Source: Pelagomonas calceolata
Lineage: Eukaryota
DNA: 64,000 nucleotides
Assembly (NCBI GenBank): GCA_918797485.1
Contig: CAKKNE010000005.1
Span: forward strand, 4,216,001 to 4,280,000
Direction of reading: 5' to 3'
Part shown: positions 35,289 to 44,624 of the stretch, in pieces
How positions within the stretch are numbered: the stretch's first letter is position 1
How the letters are laid out: the number at the start of each line of letters is the position of its first letter
The notes under the pieces: generated by a model
The model's input: the letters and a program-made list of their open reading frames with translations, nothing else
Databases searched by the model: none
Told to the model about the DNA's origin: nothing
Translations under genes and position numbers: made by a program

Positions 35289-38200
35289 ATGATGGACAGC
35301 AGCCACGAGCTCCCCGGCGCCGCCCCATTGCTCGACGCCCTCGGAGCAGAGACCGCGGCACCGCTGCTCGCGCTCGCCGCGGCCACGGAACGCGTCGGCG
35401 AGGTGAGGCTCCCAGCGACGCTCAGCGCGCAGCAGCGCCACGCCGTCCACGTCTTCTGCGAGGGCGTCGGCCTGCAGTCGACGAGCGCGGGCGCCGGCGA
35501 CGACCGCCAGGTGAGTTGCCGCGACGTCGCGTTCGACGGCGCCGCGTGGGCCCGGAGCACGCTGCGGGCCCTCGAGGCCGAGCGGGACGCCGAGGCGTCC
35601 GAGCTCGACGTCGCGCTCCAGACCCTGACGGCGAACGAGTGCGCGGCGCGCGGCATCACGGTGCTCGGTTTGCGGGCGGCCGACGTCGACGTGGGCGGCC
35701 CCGGCGGCCGCACGCGCCTCCGCCTCGCGCACGCGAACGGCCTCATGCTCCCGGCGCACCGCCTCGGCGTCCGGTCCGAGGTGACCGTGCGGGGCAAGCA
35801 CGGCGCGCGCGTCGAGGGCGTCGTCTCGCGCGTGACGCAGGATATGATTGACGTGCTGACCGACGCCGACGACGAGGCCGTGGCCGCGGTGGGCGTCAAG
35901 GGGCTGCGCGTCGACGCGCGGCCGAACGCCGCCACGCTCGGGTGCCTCCGGCGCGCGTGCGCGGCCGTCGCCACGCTCACGGCGGAGAACGAGCTCTGCG
36001 CGCAGCTGCTGGGCCGCGCGCCGCCCGCAACACGATTAGGTGACGAGCCGCGCTGGCTCAACGCCGCCCTGGACGCCTCGCAGCGCGACGCTGTCCGAAG
36101 GGCGCTCGCGGCGCCGCCGCTCTTGCTAATCCACGGGCCGCCGGGCACGGGCAAGACGACGACGCTCGTCGAGATCGTCTGCCAGGCCGCTTCCCTAGGC
36201 CAGCGCGTGCTCTGCTGCGGCGCGTCGAACCAGAGCGTGGACAACCTGCTCGAGCGCGTCGCGGACGTCGTCGAGTCGAAAGCCTGGCGCAAGCGGCAGG
36301 GGCGGAAATCTAGACCGGTCCAACTGTTGCGGCTGGGCCACCCCGCGCGCCTGTCTCCAATCGTATTGCGCCACGCCGTCGAGCGGCGGTTGCGGGACGC
36401 GGACGGCGCCGACGTCGTCGAGGACGCGCGGAACGAGGCGCGGGACCTCGCGCGGCGCGCGGCCACGGACAAGGCGGCGCGGCGCGACGTGCGCGCCGTC
36501 AGGGCCGAGGTGCGCCGCCGCGAGGGCGAGCTGTTGACGCGGTTGGTGGGGGCGACGCGCGTCGTCTTCGCGACGAACGCGGGCGCGGCGCGGCGGGAGA
36601 TTTGTGAAGAGCGCTTCGATCTGGTCGTCGTGGACGAGGCGGCCCAGGCCCTGGAGGCGTCGTGCTGGATCCCTTTACTGAAGGGCGACCGGGCGATCCT
36701 GGCCGGCGACCACAAGCAACTGCCGCCCACCGTGAAGTGCGACGGTATCGAGGCGGAATTACTCGGGAGGACGTTGTTCGAGCGGCTGATGGAGGACAAG
36801 CGGCCCGGCTGTAAAGAGAGGCGGAGCGTCCTGCTCACGACGCAGTACCGCATGCACGGTGATATATGTGAGTGGGCCTCGGCGGCGTCCTACGGCGGGT
36901 TGCTGGAGGCGGCGCCGGTCTGCGTGAGGCGCGACCTGTACGAGGACTACCTCGCGAATGACGAGGATCGTCTGGCGGTGATGGTCCACGTGGACACGTG
37001 CGGGCTAGGCCTGGACGACGACTCGAGCGGGACGGAGGAGCACGGCGCGCACTCGGTAGGGAACGAAGGCGAGGCGCGCGTCGTCGTGAAGCACGTCGAA
37101 TTGCTGCTGAAGCGAGGCATGGCGCCCGGTCACATTTGTGTGGTTGCGCCGTACCACGCGCAAGTTACTTTGTTAAGAACCATGCTCCCGGCCGACGTCG
37201 ACTGCAAGACCGTGGACGGGTATCAAGGAGGGGAGCGCGACGCCGTCGTGCTGTCGCTGACGCGGTCGAACCCGCATCGAGTCGTGGGCTTCCTCGCGGA
37301 CGAGCGGCGCCTGAACGTGGCCGTGACGCGCGCGCGGCGCCACGTCTGCGTCGTCGGCGACTCGGATACCGTGCGCGCGTCGCCGTTCATCGCCGCGCTG
37401 CTCGACCACGTCGCGAACGTCGGCGACTACGTCTCGGCGGCGGAGTACCTGCCCGCGGCGGCGACCGTCGTCGCGGCGCCTGTGGCCGCTCCAATCGAGG
37501 CGGCGCCCGAGCCCACGCCTGCAGCGCCGCCGGCTGCGCCCGAGCCGCCCACGCCTGAAGCGGCGGCGCCCGCTGTGGAGGATGAGGCGCCCGCCGAGAG
37601 TCCTCCGGCCACCGCGGCGGCGCCGCTGCCGCCGGCGTCGGGCGAGCTGCGCGTCGCGTTTGCCGGCGCCACGGTCTTCGTGCCCTTCGCGCCGGCCTGG
37701 ACCGTCGGCGAGCTCAAGGTTGCCATCGAAGAGGCGACGGGCGTCGAGATTCCGCGCCAGAAGCTCGTCGGCGCGGGAAAATTCGTGGACGACTCGATGG
37801 CCCTCGCCGCCGCGGCGCCGCGGCTCGCCAGTGGCGCCAAGCTCATTCTGATGGCTATTCCGCGGCCCGAGGACGCCGTCGCGCCGCCACCGCCGCCAAA
37901 AGGCAAGAACGCGCAAAAGAAGGCGCGGCGCAAGGCGCGCGCGGCCGCTGCCGCCGCGCCCGTCGCGGCGCCTGCACCCGCGGCGCCGAAAACGTTCGGG
38001 AGCGGGGCCAGCGGCGAAGCGGCCCGGCAGCTGGCGGGTGCGAACGCGCTGCTCCAGAAGCTCGCGCAGGACCGCGCGGCGCGGGCGGCGGCGCGGCCCG
38101 CCCCGGCGCCGAAGCTGGCGCCGCGGCCCCCTGCGAAGAAGAAGAAAGCGCCGAAGACGAAGCCTCCACCGGCCGACGACGACCTGGGTCTGGACGACGA

Positions 38201-38411
38201 CGCGCTGCTCGACGCGGCGATCAAGGCCAACGCCAAAGAGAAAAAACGTGAGCCCGAGTACAAACGCTGGATAGACGCTGACGGAAACATCAAGGGGAAC
38301 ACGCTCCACTCGAGACAGGCGGAACGGGACCGGGCGGCGCTCCTCGCCAAGCTTGAGAAAAAGAAGGCAGGGGCCGCTCGCGAGAAGAAAAAGCAGCCCA
38401 CAAAAAAGTAA
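35289..38411 (+). CDS. UPF1-like SF1 helicase (IGHMBP2/SMUBP-2/Hcs1 type) with N-terminal R3H and C-terminal ubiquitin-like domain
   Basis: HGPPGTGKTTT, SNQSVDNL, VDEAAQ, GDHKQLPP, QYRM, TVDGYQGGE, RRLNVAVTRAR. R3H LSAQQRHAVH. UBL TVGELKVAIEEATGVEIPRQKL. Confidence 0.9.
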   Translation: MMDSSHELPGAAPLLDALGAETAAPLLALAAATERVGEVRLPATLSAQQRHAVHVFCEGVGLQSTSAGAGDDRQVSCRDVAFDGAAWARSTLRALEAERDAEASELDVALQTLTANECAARGITVLGLRAADVDVGGPGGRTRLRLAHANGLMLPAHRLGVRSEVTVRGKHGARVEGVVSRVTQDMIDVLTDADDEAVAAVGVKGLRVDARPNAATLGCLRRACAAVATLTAENELCAQLLGRAPPATRLGDEPRWLNAALDASQRDAVRRALAAPPLLLIHGPPGTGKTTTLVEIVCQAASLGQRVLCCGASNQSVDNLLERVADVVESKAWRKRQGRKSRPVQLLRLGHPARLSPIVLRHAVERRLRDADGADVVEDARNEARDLARRAATDKAARRDVRAVRAEVRRREGELLTRLVGATRVVFATNAGAARREICEERFDLVVVDEAAQALEASCWIPLLKGDRAILAGDHKQLPPTVKCDGIEAELLGRTLFERLMEDKRPGCKERRSVLLTTQYRMHGDICEWASAASYGGLLEAAPVCVRRDLYEDYLANDEDRLAVMVHVDTCGLGLDDDSSGTEEHGAHSVGNEGEARVVVKHVELLLKRGMAPGHICVVAPYHAQVTLLRTMLPADVDCKTVDGYQGGERDAVVLSLTRSNPHRVVGFLADERRLNVAVTRARRHVCVVGDSDTVRASPFIAALLDHVANVGDYVSAAEYLPAAATVVAAPVAAPIEAAPEPTPAAPPAAPEPPTPEAAAPAVEDEAPAESPPATAAAPLPPASGELRVAFAGATVFVPFAPAWTVGELKVAIEEATGVEIPRQKLVGAGKFVDDSMALAAAAPRLASGAKLILMAIPRPEDAVAPPPPPKGKNAQKKARRKARAAAAAAPVAAPAPAAPKTFGSGASGEAARQLAGANALLQKLAQDRAARAAARPAPAPKLAPRPPAKKKKAPKTKPPPADDDLGLDDDALLDAAIKANAKEKKREPEYKRWIDADGNIKGNTLHSRQAERDRAALLAKLEKKKAGAAREKKKQPTKK

Positions 38412-38474
38412 GTATGACTGTATGTTGTTGTGGTACTTCAAGTTACAGGATATACAGGACATAGGGGAAAAAGA

Positions 38475-39758
38475 CTAGAGGAGGGGCTTCTCCAAACCGT
38501 CCGGCACGGCGCGGACGACGCCGACGGCCAGCGCCGACGGGTGCGCCACGAGGCCGTCGAGGAGCATGAACCCAATAATCGCCAGCGCGTTCGCCCACTC
38601 GAGCACGGCCAGCGTGTCTAATAAGGAAGGCGGCACATGCATAATGTGGCGCATATGGATCGGTGCGCAGAGCCAGCATACAATCGCGCACGTAACTCGC
38701 GCCCGCGATGAGGCGTCGTCGAGCACCGCGCAGACCGTCCAAATGTCATACCCATAAAAGAAGACGAGGGCCCCCGTTATGTGCAAAGGAAAGTTCTCGG
38801 ACTCGTCGCAGCAGCCCACGATGGATAAACCAACCAACGATACAATGGCCACGACCAGACCCATCTTTCTAAGTTTTGATGTTGTATCAGCGAACATGGC
38901 CACATGCGCGACCCAGCCGGCATGGCAGCCCTGCATCACGGCCCAGCGCGAGAGCCAGTTGCCCGGGATCTGCGTCCACATGTCGCTGATGAACCAGAAG
39001 CGGCGGTGGTTTCGTGGGATGTAGCCCGCGTGCAGACCCATCACGCAACTCACAAGTAAGGTGGATACGTATATGACGCCGCAAAGCTTCAGTAAAGAGT
39101 CGCTCGTGATACTCCAGATTGTGTTCTGCAGTCGCCCGAAGCCCCACCTCAGATCACGATCGACGCGCCGCGCCGACCACACTAACACGAGCAAGATATT
39201 GGTCCACTCCAGGCAAGCGACCCACCAGAGCCGCGTGTGGTACGTAGTCCTTGTAGTGGTGCATATGGTCGCCAACAAAGCCAGCACCAAGTCCTGCTCG
39301 TAGGAAACGAGCATGACAAGATCATATAAAACGAACCACGTGATGGCGAAGAACGAGTGCACGTATAAATTACCTTTGCATTGGCGATTCGGGCTGTCGC
39401 AGATCGACCCCACGACCGACAGGCACAAGATAGCTGCCAGACTCACCCTCAGACACAACTTTTGTTTCGTCGAGCCGCGGCCCGCCGCCGCCTCCGGGTA
39501 TATAAATACTTGTAATAACGCGAGGCAGCCCGTCGCCAGCCCGACGAGCCACCTGCTAAAGTACGTGCCCGGCGCCGTGTCCCACGTGTTGCTGATCGTC
39601 GGCAGGAAGGGGTCCCTGCCCTCGGCGAGCCAGATGGCGTAGCCGCCGCCGATGGCGGACAGGCAGATCACGGTGGGAACGGCCGTGTACTGGAGGGCAC
39701 TCATTGTCATTGGCGTCGGTGGCGTCGATTCGCACGGCGTTGGCGGTCTGGTCATCAT
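38475..39758 (-). CDS. Multi-pass membrane protein with tandem Frag1/DRAM/Sfk1-like domains
   Basis: Two internal repeats: ISNTW..PG.YFSRW...VH...F..YD...LEW.N and ISDMW..PGNWLSRW...LH...F..YD...LEW.N. Start codon uncertain (39758/39710/39704). Confidence 0.7.
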   Translation of the reverse strand: MMTRPPTPCESTPPTPMTMSALQYTAVPTVICLSAIGGGYAIWLAEGRDPFLPTISNTWDTAPGTYFSRWLVGLATGCLALLQVFIYPEAAAGRGSTKQKLCLRVSLAAILCLSVVGSICDSPNRQCKGNLYVHSFFAITWFVLYDLVMLVSYEQDLVLALLATICTTTRTTYHTRLWWVACLEWTNILLVLVWSARRVDRDLRWGFGRLQNTIWSITSDSLLKLCGVIYVSTLLVSCVMGLHAGYIPRNHRRFWFISDMWTQIPGNWLSRWAVMQGCHAGWVAHVAMFADTTSKLRKMGLVVAIVSLVGLSIVGCCDESENFPLHITGALVFFYGYDIWTVCAVLDDASSRARVTCAIVCWLCAPIHMRHIMHVPPSLLDTLAVLEWANALAIIGFMLLDGLVAHPSALAVGVVRAVPDGLEKPLL

Positions 39759-39948
39759 GCTCTTGGTGTGTGCGTCGATTCGCGTTCCGTGAGCGCTTGG
39801 AGCTGGAGATGAGGTCGACAGCTTCACTATTCAGAGTTCTTAACGCACGAGCAGCGTCTCCGTGCGCCGCAGCGGTCGATCACCCGGCCGGTGGCACAAG
39901 ATTATGAGCTAGATCCAGAGACGCTCTAGGAAAATTTAATGTACTCGT

Positions 39949-39970
39949 CCGCCCACTAGTCCTAGCACCG
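39949..39970 (-). repeat. 22-bp 3'-flank motif copy A
   Basis: Sense CGGTGCTAGGACTAGTGGGCGG about 40 nt after the acyltransferase stop. Exact match to 52362-52383. Confidence 0.6.
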
Positions 39971-40008
39971 TAACAATAGGACTGTACTCGTCCTCACACA
40001 AATACAAC

Positions 40009-40896
40009 TTACCCAGGTCGCCGCCGTCGTCGCGCTACGTATTCGGCGTTCAGCGACTTCGCATCGTAGGAGGACAAAGGCACGCCGAGCTCCGCCGCCA
40101 TCTCCGCGCGGACGCGCGCCGCGAAGGCCGAGGCGTCCTCGCCGTCCAAGGGCCGCGTCGCAGGAAGAATGGTGACGGTCATGCGCTGGTACGGCGCGCT
40201 GAGCAGCCGCGCGAGGTGGGAAATCAACGTGCCGCAGAACGAGCCGTCGACGCACCCCGAAAACCGCACGCAGACGGGCTGCACCGGCGCGAGCGGTTTG
40301 AAGGCTCCCTCGAAGAACTTCAGGAGGCTCGCGCCGTTGTGCGTCGTGCCCTCGGGCAGCACGGCCACGGGGCGGCCGCCCTTGTAGTCGGCCGCGTGGG
40401 TGGCGAGGGCCTGTCTCGCTGCTGCTGACGGTTTCGCGTCCGCCGGGGCGACGCTCGAGCCCTTCTTGTGGCGTTTGAGCTCCACGAGCAGCGCGCCGTT
40501 GGCCCGCACGATGGCTCCAATCACCGGTAGTTTGGCAAAGGTCCGCATCATCATCGGGCGCGCGTCGAAGTAGTAGGCCGCGAAAAGGCCCTCCAATAAA
40601 CCGTGGTGCGGCGCGAGGACGACGATCGGCGTTTCTGCCGCATCACTCTTCTCACGCCGGTCGTCGACGGCCAAGAGGCCGGGAAGCACGCCGAAGCAAC
40701 ACATAGCCAATCGCGTCAGTCCGATGCGCGGCGCTTTGACCCGCGCGCACGCCACGTAGACGAGGGCGCCCAGCAGCAAGCACGCGAGGCGGACCGCGGC
40801 GACTGCGGCGCCGACGACGAATGCGACCGGTGCCGGGACCGCGTCGGCGTAGGCGTAGGGGTGCCTCGATGGCTGCCCATCCTCAGCCGCTGCCAT
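40009..40896 (-). CDS. Phospholipid/glycerol acyltransferase (PlsC/LPCAT-like)
   Basis: APHHGLLE (motif I variant), LPVIG, LPEGTTHNGASLLKF..GAF, PVQPV. Confidence 0.85.
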   Translation of the reverse strand: MAAAEDGQPSRHPYAYADAVPAPVAFVVGAAVAAVRLACLLLGALVYVACARVKAPRIGLTRLAMCCFGVLPGLLAVDDRREKSDAAETPIVVLAPHHGLLEGLFAAYYFDARPMMMRTFAKLPVIGAIVRANGALLVELKRHKKGSSVAPADAKPSAAARQALATHAADYKGGRPVAVLPEGTTHNGASLLKFFEGAFKPLAPVQPVCVRFSGCVDGSFCGTLISHLARLLSAPYQRMTVTILPATRPLDGEDASAFAARVRAEMAAELGVPLSSYDAKSLNAEYVARRRRRPG

Positions 40897-41012
40897 GTTG
40901 GGCAGCCCTAGTCGTGGTGCGGAGGCATGGCAGGTCCCGGCAGCCTAATTGATGATCACATTTACGAGCGATACCCAGCCGTACGTCTAGTTCACGCGTC
41001 CGCGCACCGCTC

Positions 41013-41038
41013 CTTGCTAGTATCTTACAGCCGCTAGC
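41013..41038 (+). promoter_or_regulatory. Conserved intergenic motif copy 6
   Basis: CTTGCTAGTATCTTACAGCCGCTAGC between divergent genes. Confidence 0.75.
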
Positions 41039-41233
41039 TAAATCGAGCGCGTTGCACGCCCGGGCAGCCCGGGCAGCCGAACTAGTGGCCAGCTCGCACG
41101 CCGGGACGGCCCAAAGGCTGCCAGCGACCCACAGACGCCGCCGCGGCGCGGCTCTCCACGCCGCCGCCGCAACACCCAATTATACCTCTGATACGTCGAG
41201 CGGGCAGCCGCCGCGCGCGCGTCAGAAGCAGCC

Positions 41234-42889
41234 ATGGTCCACCCCCTCTTCGCCTCCCCACACAATGAGGGAGGCGGCTCCTACGCCGACCGCGACGTCA
41301 GTCAATTAGAAAAAATACGGGAAGAAGATCTGGCCAAGGCCACGAAGCGACTTAAACAGCTGCAAGAGAAGCTCGAGAAGCTCGAGAGCCGTAAAAGAAA
41401 ACCCAGGACCTACGAGGAGGACAAAGCCAAGCTCCAGGCGGCCATCGTGAAGGTGAAGAAACTCGTCGAGAGGTACCAGCCCAAATCTAAAAGTACGTGG
41501 AAGGGCATCGACATCGCCGACGCGGGTGCGATCGCGCTCAAGATCGACAAGGAGACGAAGGAGAAGGAGACCGGGGCCGCTATTGGTTCGGTCGTAAATC
41601 AGGAGATCACGCGGCTCATGGATCCGGAAGCGGAGAGAATCGCGGCCGAGAAGCGTCAAGCGTTAGAACAGCAGGGCCACAAGCAGCCCCCGAAGCCGCC
41701 GCCGGCGCAACCGGGGCCCTGCAGCGAGTGCGCGGACAAGCAGAAGGGCTCGTACTGGTGCGAAGTCTGCGGTTTATTCTTATGTGATTGGCACCGCCAA
41801 AATCACGAGAGAACAAAACAAACTTGCGGCCACTGCGTCCTCAAGATTGGAAGTGGTAAAGAAGAGAGAGCCACCTCGAAGCAGCGAGCGCGGTCGCGAG
41901 GCAAGGCCTCCAAGAAGCAGCACTACCCGCGAGTCGGGCCGAACCTCGACGACCCGACAGATACGAAGCGCTTCCCGAACCAGGCCTACAACGGCCAGCT
42001 GCCCTACCCCATCCCGCCTCGCACCAAAAAATACGCCGGTGAATATGAAGGGGATTTCGACGAGCGAGGTGTCCGGGAAGGTTCTGGTAGAGTACTGTTC
42101 CCGAACGGCGACGTGTACACGGGCAAATTTAAAAATGGGATGCGCCAGGGCTTCGGGACCTATGTCTATCACATCAACAAGATGAAGGGCGAGACGAAGC
42201 CTAGGAGGTATGAAGGCCAGTGGCAGCAGTCCGAGAAAAAAGGTAGCGGTAAGGAGACGTGGCCCGATGGTTCGTATTATCATGGCGAGTACCTCAAGGA
42301 TAAATTCCACGGGAAGGGCACGCACTACAATCGTCGTACAAAATACACGGGCGAGTTTAGGGAAGGATTGAGGTTTGGCAAGGGTAAATGTGAATGGTTG
42401 AAGAGTAAAGATACGTATGATGGGGAATGGATATCCAACAGAATGCACGGGTTCGGCACCTACATCTACGGTTCGGAAAGGAAGAAGCACATGGACCCGG
42501 GTAAGAAATATGACCCGTGGGACCACGTCTTCGAGAATGATACGTATAAGGGTGAATGGATTAAAGGTAAAAGAAGTGGGCGAGGGGTCTTCACGAAGTC
42601 GTCGGGCGAGCAGTGGGACGGCGAGTGGAAGAATGGTTACAGGCACGGCATGGGGACCATACGATATAGAACGGGCAAGAAAAGGGATGGCGTGTGGAGG
42701 CACGACGCGCTAATCGTGTGGAACACGCCGGAGTACTTCTCGGCGCCTCCTTCGGATGCCGTGGGCCACCGCCAGAAGGCCGACGTCGGCAAGGCCGTCG
42801 GCTCCATGATCCGCGAGCGGGCGGTGAGCGCGGAGCCGCCTCTCGACGAAAGGAAGGCGTGGATGGCGCGGTCGCGGCAGCTCGACTAA
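41234..42889 (+). CDS. MORN-repeat protein with coiled coil and B-box zinc finger
   Basis: CSEC...WCEVC...LCDWH...H...H and about 8 Y.G.[FW]...G.G repeats. Confidence 0.9.
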   Translation: MVHPLFASPHNEGGGSYADRDVSQLEKIREEDLAKATKRLKQLQEKLEKLESRKRKPRTYEEDKAKLQAAIVKVKKLVERYQPKSKSTWKGIDIADAGAIALKIDKETKEKETGAAIGSVVNQEITRLMDPEAERIAAEKRQALEQQGHKQPPKPPPAQPGPCSECADKQKGSYWCEVCGLFLCDWHRQNHERTKQTCGHCVLKIGSGKEERATSKQRARSRGKASKKQHYPRVGPNLDDPTDTKRFPNQAYNGQLPYPIPPRTKKYAGEYEGDFDERGVREGSGRVLFPNGDVYTGKFKNGMRQGFGTYVYHINKMKGETKPRRYEGQWQQSEKKGSGKETWPDGSYYHGEYLKDKFHGKGTHYNRRTKYTGEFREGLRFGKGKCEWLKSKDTYDGEWISNRMHGFGTYIYGSERKKHMDPGKKYDPWDHVFENDTYKGEWIKGKRSGRGVFTKSSGEQWDGEWKNGYRHGMGTIRYRTGKKRDGVWRHDALIVWNTPEYFSAPPSDAVGHRQKADVGKAVGSMIRERAVSAEPPLDERKAWMARSRQLD

Positions 42890-43038
42890 GCTTTATTTGT
42901 GGTATGTTTTGCCTAGGGGAGACGTATCGCGGTATTCAGGTCCGACGCGAGGCCGCCCCGAGGGTAGTCATAAATGGAAAGGAAGGGTAGTTATACTACT
43001 ATCAAGGGAAGGGGAAGGGAAAGGAAATATGTTCAACT

Positions 43039-44293
43039 TCAGGCCTTGCACTCGACGGTGCCACAGGCAAGAGCGGTTTCCGGCTTGCAGCCCTCGTCGG
43101 CGTCGACGCCGTAGTAGTCCTGGCCGTTGGCCGTCCCCGTTCCCTTCGGTCCGGCGACCTCGCCTTGCGGGGAGTCCACCGCGGGGGAGTAGCCGCCGCC
43201 GCATAACTGCTTCGTGCCCCAGACGACGCTGTGGGCGCAGATGTACTCCTCCTGATACGTGTCGTAGCCCTGCTTGATGGTGAAGCGCGGGCGGCAGGGT
43301 TGCGTGTGCTGGTTCACGTTGTTGTGGGCCCGGACGAAGAAGCTGACGAGGGTGCGCTGCGACTTGCAGGCCTCCTCGGGCGCGAGGCACAGGGACTCGT
43401 CGAAGGACCCGGGGACCCCGGTGGCACCGCCGCACTCAGCATCAAAAAGCCCGTTCTTGTCCTTGTTCATTTGAATGAACCTGTGCGTAGAGAAAGTCGC
43501 GCCGACGGCGCGGGTCTCCGACGGAGTCGCGTCCGCCGGAACGCCATCGCCGCGACCGCGCGCATTGAGACGCTGAACCAGACTGGCCGAGGTCCCAGGC
43601 GCAGTGCGAGCAGGGAATCAGGTACGGGAGCGCGTTGATAAAGTTGGTGCACGCGTCGACGGCGGCCTCGGTCGGCGGCGAGTGGTAGTTCACCGCGAAT
43701 GTGTGTAAGGTCTTCCACGTGTGCGGCCCGAAGACGCGACTGTCCCAGCTGGGCCGCGAACCGCAAGAGCCCGGAGGAAAGTCCAGGAGACCCTCACCTA
43801 CTGACTCGTACTTGCCGTCAACTTCTTTGAAGCCATTGACGAGGTCAGACCCAATCGACCACGGGTTGGTGGCGCACTCGTTCTTGTTCGGCTCCACTGT
43901 CAGAGGCGAGCGATTCGTCCAACCCTCCTGGTCCAGGATGTCGATGAAATCCTGGGCGCTGCACGGCGAGTTCTTGTCGTGGCCGCAGGTCGGCTTGGCC
44001 TTCTGGTTCGCTGCGGGCGCGGCCGGCGCCGGCTTCTCGTTCGCGGCTTTCTTGTCCGCGGCCGGCGCGGGCTCGCTCGCGAGAGACGTCGTGACGGTCG
44101 TCGTCGGCTGAATGCTGGTCGCGGAGCTGGCGGTCGCGAGGATCGAGCCGAGCACAAATGAGAGGACCACGGCGCCAGCTACAAGGCCCTTGCGCTTGAT
44201 CGTTTTGCCCTGAGCTTTGGGCTTGAGGTAACACTGCTCCTCAGGAATCGTCTTGAACGTGGTCGGATCAACGGGGAAGTGTTCGAAAGTCAT
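43039..44293 (-). CDS. Erv1/Alr-family FAD-dependent sulfhydryl oxidase with membrane anchor, 2 exons (44293-43584, 43480-43039), ~383 aa
   Basis: GPHTWKTLHTFAVNY, IPCSHCAWDL (CxxC), FVRAHNNVN. The intron joins the two halves of the Erv domain. Confidence 0.85.
43481..43583 (-). mobile_element. GT-AG intron, 103 nt, introner remnant
   Basis: GTCTGGTT+CAGCG...CGATGGCGT...TTTCTCTACGCACAG|GTTC. Restores DLGQ|FIQMN. Confidence 0.8.
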
Positions 44294-44493
44294 CTTGCTG
44301 ATGCTGGTAGTCGTTACGCCGGCCGGCGGTGCCGTATTTTATGCTTGGTGCTAGCTGAAAATGCCGCAAAGTGAAGGGTGTTGTGAGCTCGAATTTTCCT
44401 TCGTGTGTTTTTCGAGGCGTGGCACGGTTCTTGCGGTCCTATACATGCCTCATAACGACGTGGCTGCGAGGCGAAGGACGCGTGCTGGAGCTA

Positions 44494-44520
44494 GCTAGCG
44501 GATGTAAGGCACTAGCAAGC
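44494..44520 (-). promoter_or_regulatory. Conserved intergenic motif copy 7
   Basis: + strand GCTAGCGGATGTAAGGCACTAGCAAGC between divergent genes. Confidence 0.75.
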
Positions 44521-44624
44521 TAATTTTTTGTGGACGGCAGCTTAAAAATCGTGTAAATATAGTGTTATGGCAGAGAGTGGTTAGAATTTTGATCATTGAT
44601 CGGCGCTGGAGCGCTGCGAGATCG

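Noticed and set aside
42970..43030. Purine-rich GGAA/GGGA tract (similar one at about 46235-46265)
   Set aside because: Low-complexity 3'-flank sequence with no defined repeat unit.
43481..43578. Alternative donor G|GTTCAG giving a neat GGTTCA junction repeat in the Erv gene
   Set aside because: Produces an immediate in-frame stop and loses the HNxVN motif.
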